Source: Azolla caroliniana
Lineage: Eukaryota > Plantae > Polypodiophyta
DNA: 64,000 nucleotides
NCBI GenBank assembly: GCA_043228905.1
Contig: JBHGNT010000016.1
Location: forward strand, 186,001 to 250,000
Direction: 5' to 3'
Under the pieces are notes generated by a model, which was given only the letters and a program-made list of their open reading frames with translations, had not been told where the DNA came from and did no database searches. Positions within the stretch are counted from its first letter, which is position 1. The number at the start of each line of letters is the position of its first letter. The translations under genes were made by a program, and so were the position numbers. Positions 1-12,600 of this stretch are shown one piece after another.

Positions 1-1469
1 TTTGAACACAGAAATCCGGTATCACACGAGCCTTGTATGAACATTTCATTTACTAACGCGCTCTTCTCCACTACCTCCTCAAATTTGCTAATTTCTTAAT
101 GTCTCTCGACCTGAGTTTCAAAATTTTGATTTTTTAATTCCATAACATAGCTAGCGCTGTTAGCTTCGATTCGCATGTTTGAACACAGAAATCCGGTATC
201 ACACGAGCCTGGTATGAACATTTTAATTTACTAACGCGCTCTTCTCCACTACGTCCTCAAATTTGCTAATTTCTTCATGTCTCTCGACCTGAGTTTAAAA
301 ATCTTGATTTTTTAATTCCATAACATAGCTAGCGCTGTTAGCTTCGATTCACATGTTTGAACACAAAAATCCGATATCACACGAGCCACGGATGAACATT
401 TTAATTTACCTACTAGCGCTTGTCAACTCCTTCCTCAAATTTGCTAATTTCTTCATGTCTCTCGACCTGAGTTTCAAAATCTTGATTTTTTAATTCCATA
501 ACATAGCTAGCGTTGTTTGCTTCGATTCGCATGTTTGAACACAGAAATCCGGTATCACACAAGCCTGGTATGAACATTTCATTTACTAACGCGCTCTTCT
601 CCACTACCTCCTCAAATTTGCTAATTTCTTCATGTCTCTCGACCTGAGTTTCAAAATCTTGATTTTTTAATTCCATAACATAGCTAGCGTTGTTAGCTTC
701 GATTCGCATGTTTGAACACAGAAATCCGGTATCACACAAGCCTGGTATGAACATTTCATTTACTAACGCGCTCTTCTCCACTACCTCCTCAGATTTGCTA
801 ATTTCTTCATGTCTCTCGACCTGAGTTTCAAAATTTTGATTTTTTAATTCCATAACATAGCTAGCGCTGTTAGCTTCGATTCACATGTTTGAACACAAAA
901 ATCCGATATCACACGAGCCACGGATGAACATTTTAATTTACCTACTAGCGCTTGTCAACTCCTTCCTCAAATTTGCTAATTTCTTCATGTCTCTCGACCT
1001 GAGTTTCAAAATCTTGATTTTTGAATTCCATAACATAGCTAGCGTTGTTTGCTTCGATTCGCATGTTTGAACTCAGAAATCCGGTATCACACAAGCCTGG
1101 TATGAACATTTCATTTACTAACGCGCTCTTCTCCACTACCTCCTCAAATTTGCTAATTTCTTCATGTCTCTCGACCTGAGTTTCAAAATTTTGATTTTTT
1201 AATTCCATAACATAGCTAGCGCTGTTAGCTTCGATTCACATGTTTAAACACAAAAATCCGATATCACACGAGCCACGGATGAACATTTTAATTTACCTAC
1301 TAGCGCTTGTCAACTCCTTCCTCAAATTTGCTAATTTCTTCATGTCTCTTGACCTGAGTTTCAAAATCTTGATTTTTTAATTCCATAACATAGCTAGCAT
1401 TGTTAGCTTCGATTTGCATGTTTGAACACAGAAATCCGGTATCACACGAGCCTGGTATGAACATTTTAA

Positions 1470-1490
1470 TTTAGGGTTTAGGGTTTAGGG
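1470..1490 (+). repeat. Interstitial plant telomeric repeat (TTTAGGG)3 inside a satellite monomer
   Basis: TTTAGGG x3, flanked by a duplicated TTTAATTTA (1465-1473 and 1491-1499); the monomer is 26 bp longer than normal. Confidence 0.95.
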
Positions 1491-4400
1491 TTTAATTTAC
1501 TAACGCGCTCTTCTCCACTACGTCCTCAAATTTGCTAATTTCTTCATGTCTCTCGACCTGAGTTTCAAAATCTTGATTTTTTAATTCCATAACATAGCTA
1601 GCGCTGTTAGCTTCGATTCACATGTTTGAACACAAAAATCCGATATCACACGAGCCACGGATGAACATTTTAATTTACCTACTAGCGCTTGTCAACTCCT
1701 TCCTCAAATTTGCTAATTTCTTCATGTCTCTCGACCTGAGTTTAAAAATCTTGATTTTTTAATTCCATAACATAGCTAGCGTTGTTAGCTTCGATTCGCA
1801 TGTTTGAACACAGAAATCCGGTATCACACGAGCCTGGTATGAACATTTTAATTTACTAACGCGCTCTTCTCCACTACGTCCTCAAATTTGCTAATTTCTT
1901 CATGTCTCTCGACCTGAGTTTCAAAATCTTGATTTTTTAATTCCATAACATAGCTAGCGCTGTTAGCTTCGATTCACATGTTTGAACACAAAAATCCGAT
2001 ATCACACGAGCCACGGATGAACATTTTAATTTACCTACTAGCGCTTGTCAACTCCTTCCTCAAATTTGCTAATTTCTTCATGTCGCTCGACCTGAGTTTC
2101 AAAATCTTGATTTTTGAATTCCATAACATAGCTAGCGTTGTTAGCTTCGATTCGCATATTTGAATACAAAAATCCGATATCCCACGAGCCACGGATGAAC
2201 ATTTTAATTTACCTACTAGCGCTTGTCAACGCCCTCCTCAAATTTGCTAATTTCTTCATGTCTCTTGACCTGAGTTTCAGAATCTTGATTAATTAATTCT
2301 ATAACATAGCTAGCATTGTTAGCTTCAATTCGCATGTTTGAACACAGAAATACGATGTCACACGAGCTAGGTATGAACATTTTAATTTACTAACGTGCTC
2401 TTCTCCACTACCTCCTCAAATTTGCTAATTTCTTCATGTCTCTCAACCTAATTTTAAAAATCTTGATTTTTTAATTCCATAACATAGCTAGCGTTGTTAG
2501 CTTCAATTCGCATGTTTGAACACAGAAATCCGAAATCACACGAGCTAGGTATGAACATTTTAATTTACTAACGCGCTCTTCTCCACTACGTCCTCAAATT
2601 TGCTAATTTCTTCATGTCTCTCCACCTAAGTTTAAAAATCTTGATTTTTTAATTCCATAACATAGCTAGCATTGTTAGCTTCGATTTGCATGTTTGAACA
2701 CAGAAATCCGGTATCACACGAGCCTTGTATGAACATTTCATTTACTAACGCGCTCTTCTCCACTACCTCCTCAAATTTGCTAATTTCTTAATGTCTCTCG
2801 ACCTGAGTTTCAAAATTTTGATTTTTTAATTCCATAACATAGCTAGCGCTGTTAGCTTCGATTCGCATGTTTGAACACAGAAATCCGGTATCACACGAGC
2901 CTGGTATGAACATTTTAATTTACTAACGCGCTCTTCTCCACTACGTCCTCAAATTTGCTAATTTCTTCATGTCTCTCGACCTGAGTTTAAAAATCTTGAT
3001 TTTTTAATTCCATAACATAGCTAGCGCTGTTAGCTTCGATTCACATGTTTGAACACAAAAATCCGATATCACACGAGCCACGGATGAACATTTTAATTTA
3101 CCTACTAGCGCTTGTCAACTCCTTCCTCAAATTTGCTAATTTCTTCATGTCTCTCGACCTGAGTTTCAAAATCTTGATTTTTTAATTCCATAACATAGCT
3201 AGCGTTGTTTGCTTCGATTCGCATGTTTGAACACAGAAATCCGGTATCACACAAGCCTGGTATGAACATTTCATTTACTAACGCGCTCTTCTCCACTACC
3301 TCCTCAAATTTGCTAATTTCTTCATGTCTCTCGACCTGAGTTTCAAAATCTTGATTTTTTAATTCCATAACATAGCTAGCGTTGTTAGCTTCGATTCGCA
3401 TGTTTGAACACAGAAATCCGGTATCACACAAGCCTGGTATGAACATTTCATTTACTAACGCGCTCTTCTCCACTACCTCCTCAGATTTGCTAATTTCTTC
3501 ATGTCTCTCGACCTGAGTTTCAAAATTTTGATTTTTTAATTCCATAACATAGCTAGCGCTGTTAGCTTCGATTCACATGTTTGAACACAAAAATCCGATA
3601 TCACACGAGCCACGGATGAACATTTTAATTTACCTACTAGCGCTTGTCAACTCCTTCCTCAAATTTGCTAATTTCTTCATGTCTCTCGACCTGAGTTTCA
3701 AAATCTTGATTTTTGAATTCCATAACATAGCTAGCGTTGTTTGCTTCGATTCGCATGTTTGAACTCAGAAATCCGGTATCACACAAGCCTGGTATGAACA
3801 TTTCATTTACTAACGCGCTCTTCTCCACTACCTCCTCAAATTTGCTAATTTCTTCATGTCTCTCGACCTGAGTTTCAAAATTTTGATTTTTTAATTCCAT
3901 AACATAGCTAGCGCTGTTAGCTTCGATTCACATGTTTAAACACAAAAATCCGATATCACACGAGCCACGGATGAACATTTTAATTTACCTACTAGCGCTT
4001 GTCAACTCCTTCCTCAAATTTGCTAATTTCTTCATGTCTCTTGACCTGAGTTTCAAAATCTTGATTTTTTAATTCCATAACATAGCTAGCGTTGTTAGCT
4101 TCGATTCGCATGTTTGAACATAGAATTCCGGTATCACACGAGCCTGGTATGAACATTTTAATTTACTAACGCGCTCTTCTCCACTACGTCCTCAAATTTG
4201 CTAATTTCTTCATGTCTCTCGACCTGAGTTTCAAAATCTTGATTTTTTAATTCCATAACATAGCTAGCGTTGTTAGCTTCGATTCGCATGTTTGAATACA
4301 AAAATCCGATATCCCACGAGCCACGGATGAACATTTTAATTTACCTACTAGCGGTTGTCAACTCCTTCCTGAAATTTGCTAATTTCTTCATGTCTCTCGA

Positions 4401-7400
4401 CCTGAGTTTCAAAATCTTGATTTTTTAATTCCATATCAGAGCTAGCGTTGTTAGCTTCGATTCGCATGTTTGAACACAGAAATCTGATATCACACGAGCT
4501 AGGTATGAACATTTTAATTTACTAACGCGCTCTTCTTCACTACCTCCTCAAATTTGCTAATTTCTTCATGTCTCTCGGCCTGAGTTTCAAAATCTTGATT
4601 TTTTAATTCCATAACATAGCTAGCGTTGTTAGCTTCAATTCGCATGTTTGAACACAGAAATCCGAAATCACACGAGCTAGGTATGAACATTTTAATTTAC
4701 TAACGCGCTCTTCTCCACTACGTCCTCAAATTTGCTAATTTCTTCATGTCTCTCCACCTAAGTTTAAAAATCTTGATTTTTTAATTCCATAACATAGCTA
4801 GCATTGTTAGCTTCGATTTGCATGTTTGAACACAGAAATCCGGTATCACACGAGCCTTGTATGAACATTTCATTTACTAACGCGCTCTTCTCCACTACCT
4901 CCTCAAATTTGCTAATTTCTTAATGTCTCTCGACCTGAGTTTCAAAATTTTGATTTTTTAATTCCATAACATAGCTAGCGCTGTTAGCTTCGATTCGCAT
5001 GTTTGAACACAGAAATCCGGTATCACACGAGCCTGGTATGAACATTTTAATTTACTAACGCGCTCTTCTCCACTACGTCCTCAAATTTGCTAATTTCTTC
5101 ATGTCTCTCGACCTGAGTTTAAAAATCTTGATTTTTTAATTCCATAACATAGCTAGCGCTGTTAGCTTCGATTCACATGTTTGAACACAAAAATCCGATA
5201 TCACACGAGCCACGGATGAACATTTTAATTTACCTACTAGCGCTTGTCAACTCCTTCCTCAAATTTGCTAATTTCTTCATGTCTCTCGACCTGAGTTTCA
5301 AAATCTTGATTTTTTAATTCCATAACATAGCTAGCGTTGTTTGCTTCGATTCGCATGTTTGAACACAGAAATCCGGTATCACACAAGCCTGGTATGAACA
5401 TTTCATTTACTAACGCGCTCTTCTCCACTACCTCCTCAAATTTGCTAATTTCTTCATGTCTCTCGACCTGAGTTTCAAAATCTTGATTTTTTAATTCCAT
5501 AACATAGCTAGCGTTGTTAGCTTCGATTCGCATGTTTGAACACAGAAATCCGGTATCACACAAGCCTGGTATGAACATTTCATTTACTAACGCGCTCTTC
5601 TCCACTACCTCCTCAGATTTGCTAATTTCTTCATGTCTCTCGACCTGAGTTTCAAAATTTTGATTTTTTAATTCCATAACATAGCTAGCGCTGTTAGCTT
5701 CGATTCACATGTTTGAACACAAAAATCCGATATCACACGAGCCACGGATGAACATTTTAATTTACCTACTAGCGCTTGTCAACTCCTTCCTCAAATTTGC
5801 TAATTTCTTCATGTCTCTCGACCTGAGTTTCAAAATCTTGATTTTTGAATTCCATAACATAGCTAGCGTTGTTTGCTTCGATTCGCATGTTTGAACTCAG
5901 AAATCCGGTATCACACAAGCCTGGTATGAACATTTCATTTACTAACGCGCTCTTCTCCACTACCTCCTCAAATTTGCTAATTTCTTCATGTCTCTCGACC
6001 TGAGTTTCAAAATTTTGATTTTTTAATTCCATAACATAGCTAGCGCTGTTAGCTTCGATTCACATGTTTAAACACAAAAATCCGATATCACACGAGCCAC
6101 GGATGAACATTTTAATTTACCTACTAGCGCTTGTCAACTCCTTCCTCAAATTTGCTAATTTCTTCATGTCTCTTGACCTGAGTTTCAAAATCTTGATTTT
6201 TTAATTCCATAACATAGCTAGCGTTGTTAGCTTCGATTCGCATGTTTGAACATAGAATTCCGGTATCACACGAGCCTGGTATGAACATTTTAATTTACTA
6301 ACGCGCTCTTCTCCACTACGTCCTCAAATTTGCTAATTTCTTCATGTCTCTCGACCTGAGTTTCAAAATCTTGATTTTTTAATTCCATAACATAGCTAGC
6401 GTTGTTAGCTTCGATTCGCATGTTTGAATACAAAAATCCGATATCCCACGAGCCACGGATGAACATTTTAATTTACCTACTAGCGGTTGTCAACTCCTTC
6501 CTGAAATTTGCTAATTTCTTCATGTCTCTCGACCTGAGTTTCAAAATCTTGATTTTTTAATTCCATATCAGAGCTAGTGTTGTTAGCTTCGATTCGCATG
6601 TTTGAACACAGAAATCTGATATCACACGAGCTAGGTATGAACATTTTAATTTACTAACGCGCTCTTCTTCACTACCTCCTCAAATTTGCTAATTTCTTCA
6701 TGTCTCTCGGCCTGAGTTTCAAAATCTTGATTTTTTAATTCCATAACATAGCTAGCGTTGTTAGCTTTGATTCGCATGTTTGAACACAAAAATCCGATAT
6801 CACACGAGCTAGGTATGAACATTTTAATTTTCTAACGCGCTCTTCTCCAGTACCTCCACAAATTTGCTAATTTCTTCATGTCTCTCGACCTGAGTTTCAA
6901 AATCTTGATTTTTTAATTCCATAACATAGCTAGCGCTGTTAGCTTCGATTCACATGTTTGAACACAAAAATCCGATATCACACGAGCCACGGATGAACAT
7001 TTTAATTTACCTACTAGCGCTTGTCAACTCCCTCCTCAAATTTGCTAATTTCTACATGTCTCTCGACCTGAGTTTCAAAATCTTGATTTTTTAATTCCAT
7101 AACATAGCTAGCGCTGTTAGCTTCGATTCGCATGTTTGAACACAGAAATCCGGTATCATACGAGCCACGGATGAACATTTTAATTTAGGTACTAGCGCTT
7201 GTCAACTCCCTCCTCAAATTTGCTAATTTCTTCATGTCTCTCGACCTGAGTTTTAAAATCTTGATTTTTTAATTCCATAACATAGCTAGCGCTGTTAGCT
7301 TCGATTCACATGTTTGAACACAAAAATCCGGTATCACACGAGCCACGGATGAACATTTCAATTTACCTACTAGCGCTTGTCAACTCCTTCCTCAAATTTG

Positions 7401-7539
7401 CTAATTTCTTCATGTCTCTCCACCTAAGTTTAAAAATCTTGATTTTTTAATTCCATAACATAGCTAGCATTGTTAGCTTCGATTTGCATGTTTGAACACA
7501 GAAATCCGGTATCACACGAGCCTGGTATGAACATTTTAA

Positions 7540-7560
7540 TTTAGGGTTTAGGGTTTAGGG
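7540..7560 (+). repeat. Second copy of the interstitial (TTTAGGG)3
   Basis: Same insertion at the same monomer position, 6070 bp after the first copy. Confidence 0.95.
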
Positions 7561-8978
7561 TTTAATTTACTAACGCGCTCTTCTCCACTACCTCCTCAAA
7601 TTTGCTAATTTCTTCATGTCTCTCGACCTGAGTTTCAAAATCTTGATTTTTTAATTCCATAACATAGCTAGCGCTGTTAGCTTCGATTCACATGTTTGAA
7701 CACAAAAATCCGATATCACACGAGCCACGGATGAACATTTTAATTTACCTACTAGCGCTTGTCAACTCCTTCCTCAAATTTGCTAATTTCTTCATGTCTC
7801 TCGACCTGAGTTTAAAAATCTTGATTTTTTAATTCCATAACATAGCTAGCGTTGTTAGCTTCGATTCGCATGTTTGAACACAGAAATCCGGTATCACACG
7901 AGCCTGGTATGAACATTTTAATTTACTAACGCGCTCTTCTCCACTACGTCCTCAAATTTGCTAATTTCTTCATGTCTCTCGACCTGAGTTTCAAAATCTT
8001 GATTTTTTAATTCCATAACATAGCTAGCGCTGTTAGCTTCGATTCACATGTTTGAACACAAAAATCCGATATCACACGAGCCACGGATGAACATTTTAAT
8101 TTACCTACTAGCGCTTGTCAACTCCTTCCTCAAATTTGCTAATTTCTTCATGTCGCTCGACCTGAGTTTCAAAATCTTGATTTTTGAATTCCATAACATA
8201 GCTAGCGTTGTTAGCTTCGATTCGCATATTTGAATACAAAAATCCGATATCCCACGAGCCACGGATGAACATTTTAATTTACCTACTAGCGCTTGTCAAC
8301 TCCCTCCTCAAATTTGCTAATTTCTTCATGTCTCTTGACCTGAGTTTCAAAATCTTGATTAATTAATTCTATAACATAGCTAGCATTGTTAGCTTCAATT
8401 CGCATGTTTGAACACAGAAATACGATATCACACGAGCTAGGTATGAACATTTTAATTTACTAACGTGCTCTTCTCCACTACCTCCTCAAATTTGCTAATT
8501 TCTTCATGTCTCTCAACCTAATTTTAAAAATCTTGATTTTTTAATTCCATAACATAGCTAGCGTTGTTAGCTTCAATTCGCATGTTTGAACACAGAAATC
8601 CGAAATCACACGAGCTAGGTATGAACATTTTAATTTACTAACGCGCTCTTCTCCACTACGTCCTCAAATTTGCTAATTTCTTCATGTCTCTCCACCTAAG
8701 TTTAAAAATCTTGATTTTTTAATTCCATAACATAGCTAGCATTGTTAGCTTCGATTTGCATGTTTGAACACAGAAATCCGGTATCACACGAGCCTTGTAT
8801 GAACATTTCATTTACTAACGCGCTCTTCTCCACTACCTCCTCAAATTTGCTAATTTCTTCATGTCTCTCGACCTGAGTTTCAAAATTTTGATTTTTTAAT
8901 TCCATAACATAGCTAGCGCTGTTAGCTTCGATTCACATGTTTGAACACAAAAATCCGATATCACACGAGCCACGGATG

Positions 8979-9590
8979 TGTTGGGATTAAGGTCCCTTCG
9001 ATGGGATGGTCGGATGTCGGAGATGAATGCCGACGAGCCCGGTTTTGGTTTCGGAACCGGATGATGAAGACCCCGGCTTCGGAGCCGGATGACGAATGTA
9101 CCCAGGGAGAGATCCGGATGCAGGGACATATCCGTGAATATGTTTGCTAAGAACCCCCTGAGGCTATAGTTGTAAATAGCCCCAAAGTCATATATGTATA
9201 AATATGACTTAGGGCAATTGGTTTTATGGTTGTTGATCATTTTTCTGTTTTTCCACTCTAGAGGAGTGAAGAGAGAGCAGCCGCGAGAGAGAGAGAGGGA
9301 TAGAGCGTGAGAGAGGAAGAGGTCGACGCCTCTGTGTATTTCCGCCGCCTGTGGCGAGGACAGCGAGCTCAAGGTCGTCGCCTTGCAGCTCGCCATTGTA
9401 TACTTCTCTGTATAGTGTTGGTTTGGAGTCTTGTCCTCCCGTGGTTTTTCCCGTCTAGGGTTTTCCACGTTAATCCCTGTGTGTTCGCGTTTTTGTTTCT
9501 CTTTGTGGTTCCTATTTTCTGCTGCATCGATTCGCGCTTACTCGGTTGTGGCCGAGGGAAGAAGGTTAATCGTGTGGTTGATTCCTTACA
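8979..9590 (+). repeat. Copia 5' LTR (612 bp)
   Basis: TGTTGGGATT...TTCCTTACA; matches 13705-14316; TATA-like TATAAATA at ~9197-9204; GA-rich tract at ~9260-9320. Confidence 0.97.
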
Positions 9591-9593
9591 AAC

Positions 9594-9605
9594 TGGTATC
9601 AGAGC
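9594..9605 (+). promoter_or_regulatory. Primer-binding site (tRNA-iMet)
   Basis: TGGTATCAGAGC, 3 nt after the LTR end; this is the canonical plant iMet PBS. Confidence 0.95.
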
Positions 9606-9620
9606 GAACTGCTGCAGAAA

Positions 9621-12600
9621 ATGGAAGGCGGCGGCAGCGGGCAGCCGGCGATGATGGTGCTGAATGCGCAGAATTACGCCGACTGGAAGATCAAGATGGA
9701 GGATCTTCTGATTGTTCGGGACCTGTATGAACCGATTGACAGGTCGGAAATACCGAAGGGGGTACTTGAGTCAGAGTGGAAGCTCCTGAACCGGAAAGCC
9801 GTAGCGACGATCCGACAATATGTCGATGTAAGCGTCCTACAACATGTGGGGAATGACACCAACGCATATGAGATGTGGAAGAAGCTGTCGGGCCTCTACG
9901 AGAGGAAGAATGCGTTGAACCGGACCTCCCTGATGAGGAAAATAGTGAATCTCAAGTACCGGGACGGCGAGAGTATGGTGGAACACGTAAGCACGTTCAT
10001 GGGATTTGTGAATCAGCTTGCGGCGATCAAGTTCCCGTTGGAGGATGCAATGCAAGCCATCATCCTGATGTGTACATTGCCGGAAAGCTGGGAGAACTTG
10101 GTGGTGACTCTCAGCACCTCCTGCACCGAAGATAACTTGTCCTTACAAACGGTAAAGACAAGTATTTTGAACGAAGAAGCGCGTCGGAGAGACAAAGAAC
10201 CGGCCTCCGACTCAAAGGCGCTGCTTACCGAATCGGATCGGGGAAGACAATGGAACCGGAGTCCGCAAAGACGGGAGAAGTCGGGGACCCGGTCGCAGTC
10301 AAGAGGAAGGCCCACATGCTTCCACTGTGGGAAACCGGGGCACTTCCGAAAGAATTGTCGGCATTACCGAAAAGACAACGGAGCCGACGACACCGATTCG
10401 AAGAAGTCACCGGAGAGAAACGGTGCATACCGGGGAGCCACGGACCGGAGAGGTTCGGATCGGCGAGGGCAGGACCGGAAAGGAACAACGGCACTCGCGG
10501 CAAGTGAGGAAGAAATCATGCTCATCACCGAAGAAAGTGAAGTAAACATTGCCGGCGATGAGACGACCTGGGTGGTCGATTCCGGAGCATCGTTCCACCT
10601 GACCCCGGAGAGAAGATACTTCTCATCCTACACAGCCGGTGAGCATGGCTGTGTTCGAATGGGAAATGAAGGTACGTGCCGGATTGTCGGCATCGGAGAC
10701 GTGTGGTTGACAACCCCGACCGGATGCAAAATGCTGCTGAAGGATGTCCGACACGTTCCGGAGGTTCGATTGAACCTGATTTCGGCCGGGAGGCTAGACG
10801 ATGAAGGCTACACAGGTAGCATCCGGAACGGCGTAATGAAGTTCAGCAAGGGGAGCCTGATAGTGGCCCGGGCCCGGAAAGACAACACACTGTACCTGAT
10901 GAATGCCCGGTTATGTCCGGAAGAGCTGAATGTGGCAGCCGACACTGCCGGTGAGCTGTGGCACAAAAGACTGTGCCACATGAGTGAGAAGGGGATGAAG
11001 AGGCTTGCAGAAGACAACCTTATTCCAGTGAAGCAAGTGCACCTGGAGAAGTGCACCGATTGCCTGGCCGGTAAACAGAACCGAACCTCCTTCCATTCAA
11101 GGCCACCGACGAGACGTAGCGCACCATTGGAGTTGGTGCACACTGATGTGTGTCAGGTAGAAACGAAGTCACATGGCGGAGCCCAGTACTTCGTAACATT
11201 CGTTGATGATCACAGTCGGAAGCTGTGGACGGCACCGTTGAAGACAAAGGACCAAGTGTTGTGCGTCTTCAAAGAACTCCACGCGAGAGTGGAAAGGGAA
11301 TCCGGCAAGAAGCTGAAAGCGATACGAGCGGATAACGGAGGGGAATACCGGGGGCAGTTCCAGGAGTACTGTCGCTCGAAGGGAATCCGGCTCGAGTTTA
11401 CTGTGCCGAAGACGCCGGAACTGAACGGACTGGCCGAGAGGATGAACCGGACCATAATGGAGAGGGTCCGGAGTATGCTGGCGCATGCGAAATTACCCAA
11501 GGGGTTTTGGGCTGAGACAATGTCGACGGCGACATATGTGATAAATAGATCACCCTCAGTACCTTTGGACGGAGACACGCCGCAGAAAGTGTGGACCGGT
11601 AAGGAAGTGTCCTACCGGCACCTGAAGGTGTTCGGGTGTCTCGCATACGTGCATGTGGCAAAGGACCGGAGAGGAAAGCTAGATCCAAAGACCCGGCCAT
11701 GCATATTCCTCGGTTACGGCGACGATGAGTTCGGCTACCGAGTATGGGACCCGGTCGACAAGAAGATATTCAGGAGTCGAGATATCATCTTCATGGAGGA
11801 CAAGACACTCGCCGACTGGGAGTCGGAGAAGAAGATGAAGAGCTCCAAGTCGACCGGTGAGGATCAACTCTACAAGGAGCAGTCCCGACCGGCAAGAGAC
11901 CGGTTAGCACTCGAGGATCCGGCCGAAGACGGTGAAGAAACAGAACCGGCCGAAGAAGATGAAAATGATACCGGGACCGGCCCCGATCCCGAAATGGATT
12001 TGGATGAAGAAGAATCGGAAGAACCGGTTACCGAAGCTCCGGAACGGAGATACCCTCTAAGAGAGAGAAGGCCCCCCCGGAGATTCCCGGAACCAGAGCA
12101 CGTGTTGCTAACCGACGAGGGGGAGCCGGAGAGCTTTGAAGAAGCAAAGCATGACACCCAGAGCCGCAGGTGGTTGAGTGCCATGCAGGACGAGATGGAT
12201 TCCCTGCATGAGAACCACACATATGAACTTGTGGAGTTGCCGAAAGGAAAGCGGGCACTTCGAAACAAGTGGGTGTTCAAGCTGAAACCGGGAGATGCCG
12301 GAAACCCCCCGAGATACAAAGCCAGGATCGTGGTGAAGGGGTTCCAGCAGAAGAAGGGTGTGGACTTCGACGAGATATTTGCCCCGGTAGTGAAGATGAC
12401 CTCCATCCGAACGGTGCTGAGCATAGCGGCAAGCATGGACCTCGAGGTAGAACAGATGGACGTGAAGACGGCATTCCTTCACGGTGACCTCGATGAAGAG
12501 ATCTACATGCAGCAACCGGAAGGATTCGAGAAGAAAGGGAAGGAGCACCTGGTATGCCGGTTGAAGAAGAGCCTTTACGGACTAAAGCAGGCTCCCCGGC

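Larger units (their letters stand above)
1..8978 (+). repeat. 178-bp tandem satellite array, segment 1 (~50 monomers; ATAACATAG subfamily)
   Basis: TTTGAACAC anchor recurs at 1, 178, 356 (177/178-bp period) and onward; all monomers share one orientation; the array continues off the left edge. Confidence 0.98.

Noticed and set aside
1-356. Identity with Arabidopsis CEN178/CEN180
   Set aside because: Only the length matches; I recognise none of its sequence motifs.
1470-1490. True chromosome end or G-quadruplex
   Set aside because: Only three repeats (three G-runs), embedded in continuous satellite.
1-8978. CRISPR-like array (constant repeat plus variable part)
   Set aside because: The variable segment has only two recurring states, there are no unique spacers or cas genes, and the context is eukaryotic.
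9456-9463. Telobox TAGGGTTT in the copia LTR
   Set aside because: Part of the common copia U5 motif GTGGTTTTTCCC...GGGTTTTCCAC; single copy.
8896-9730. ORFs in the copia LTRs (190, 115, 99 aa, and copies at 13499-14420)
   Set aside because: They cross LTR/satellite boundaries, have no domains and are duplicated only because the LTR is.
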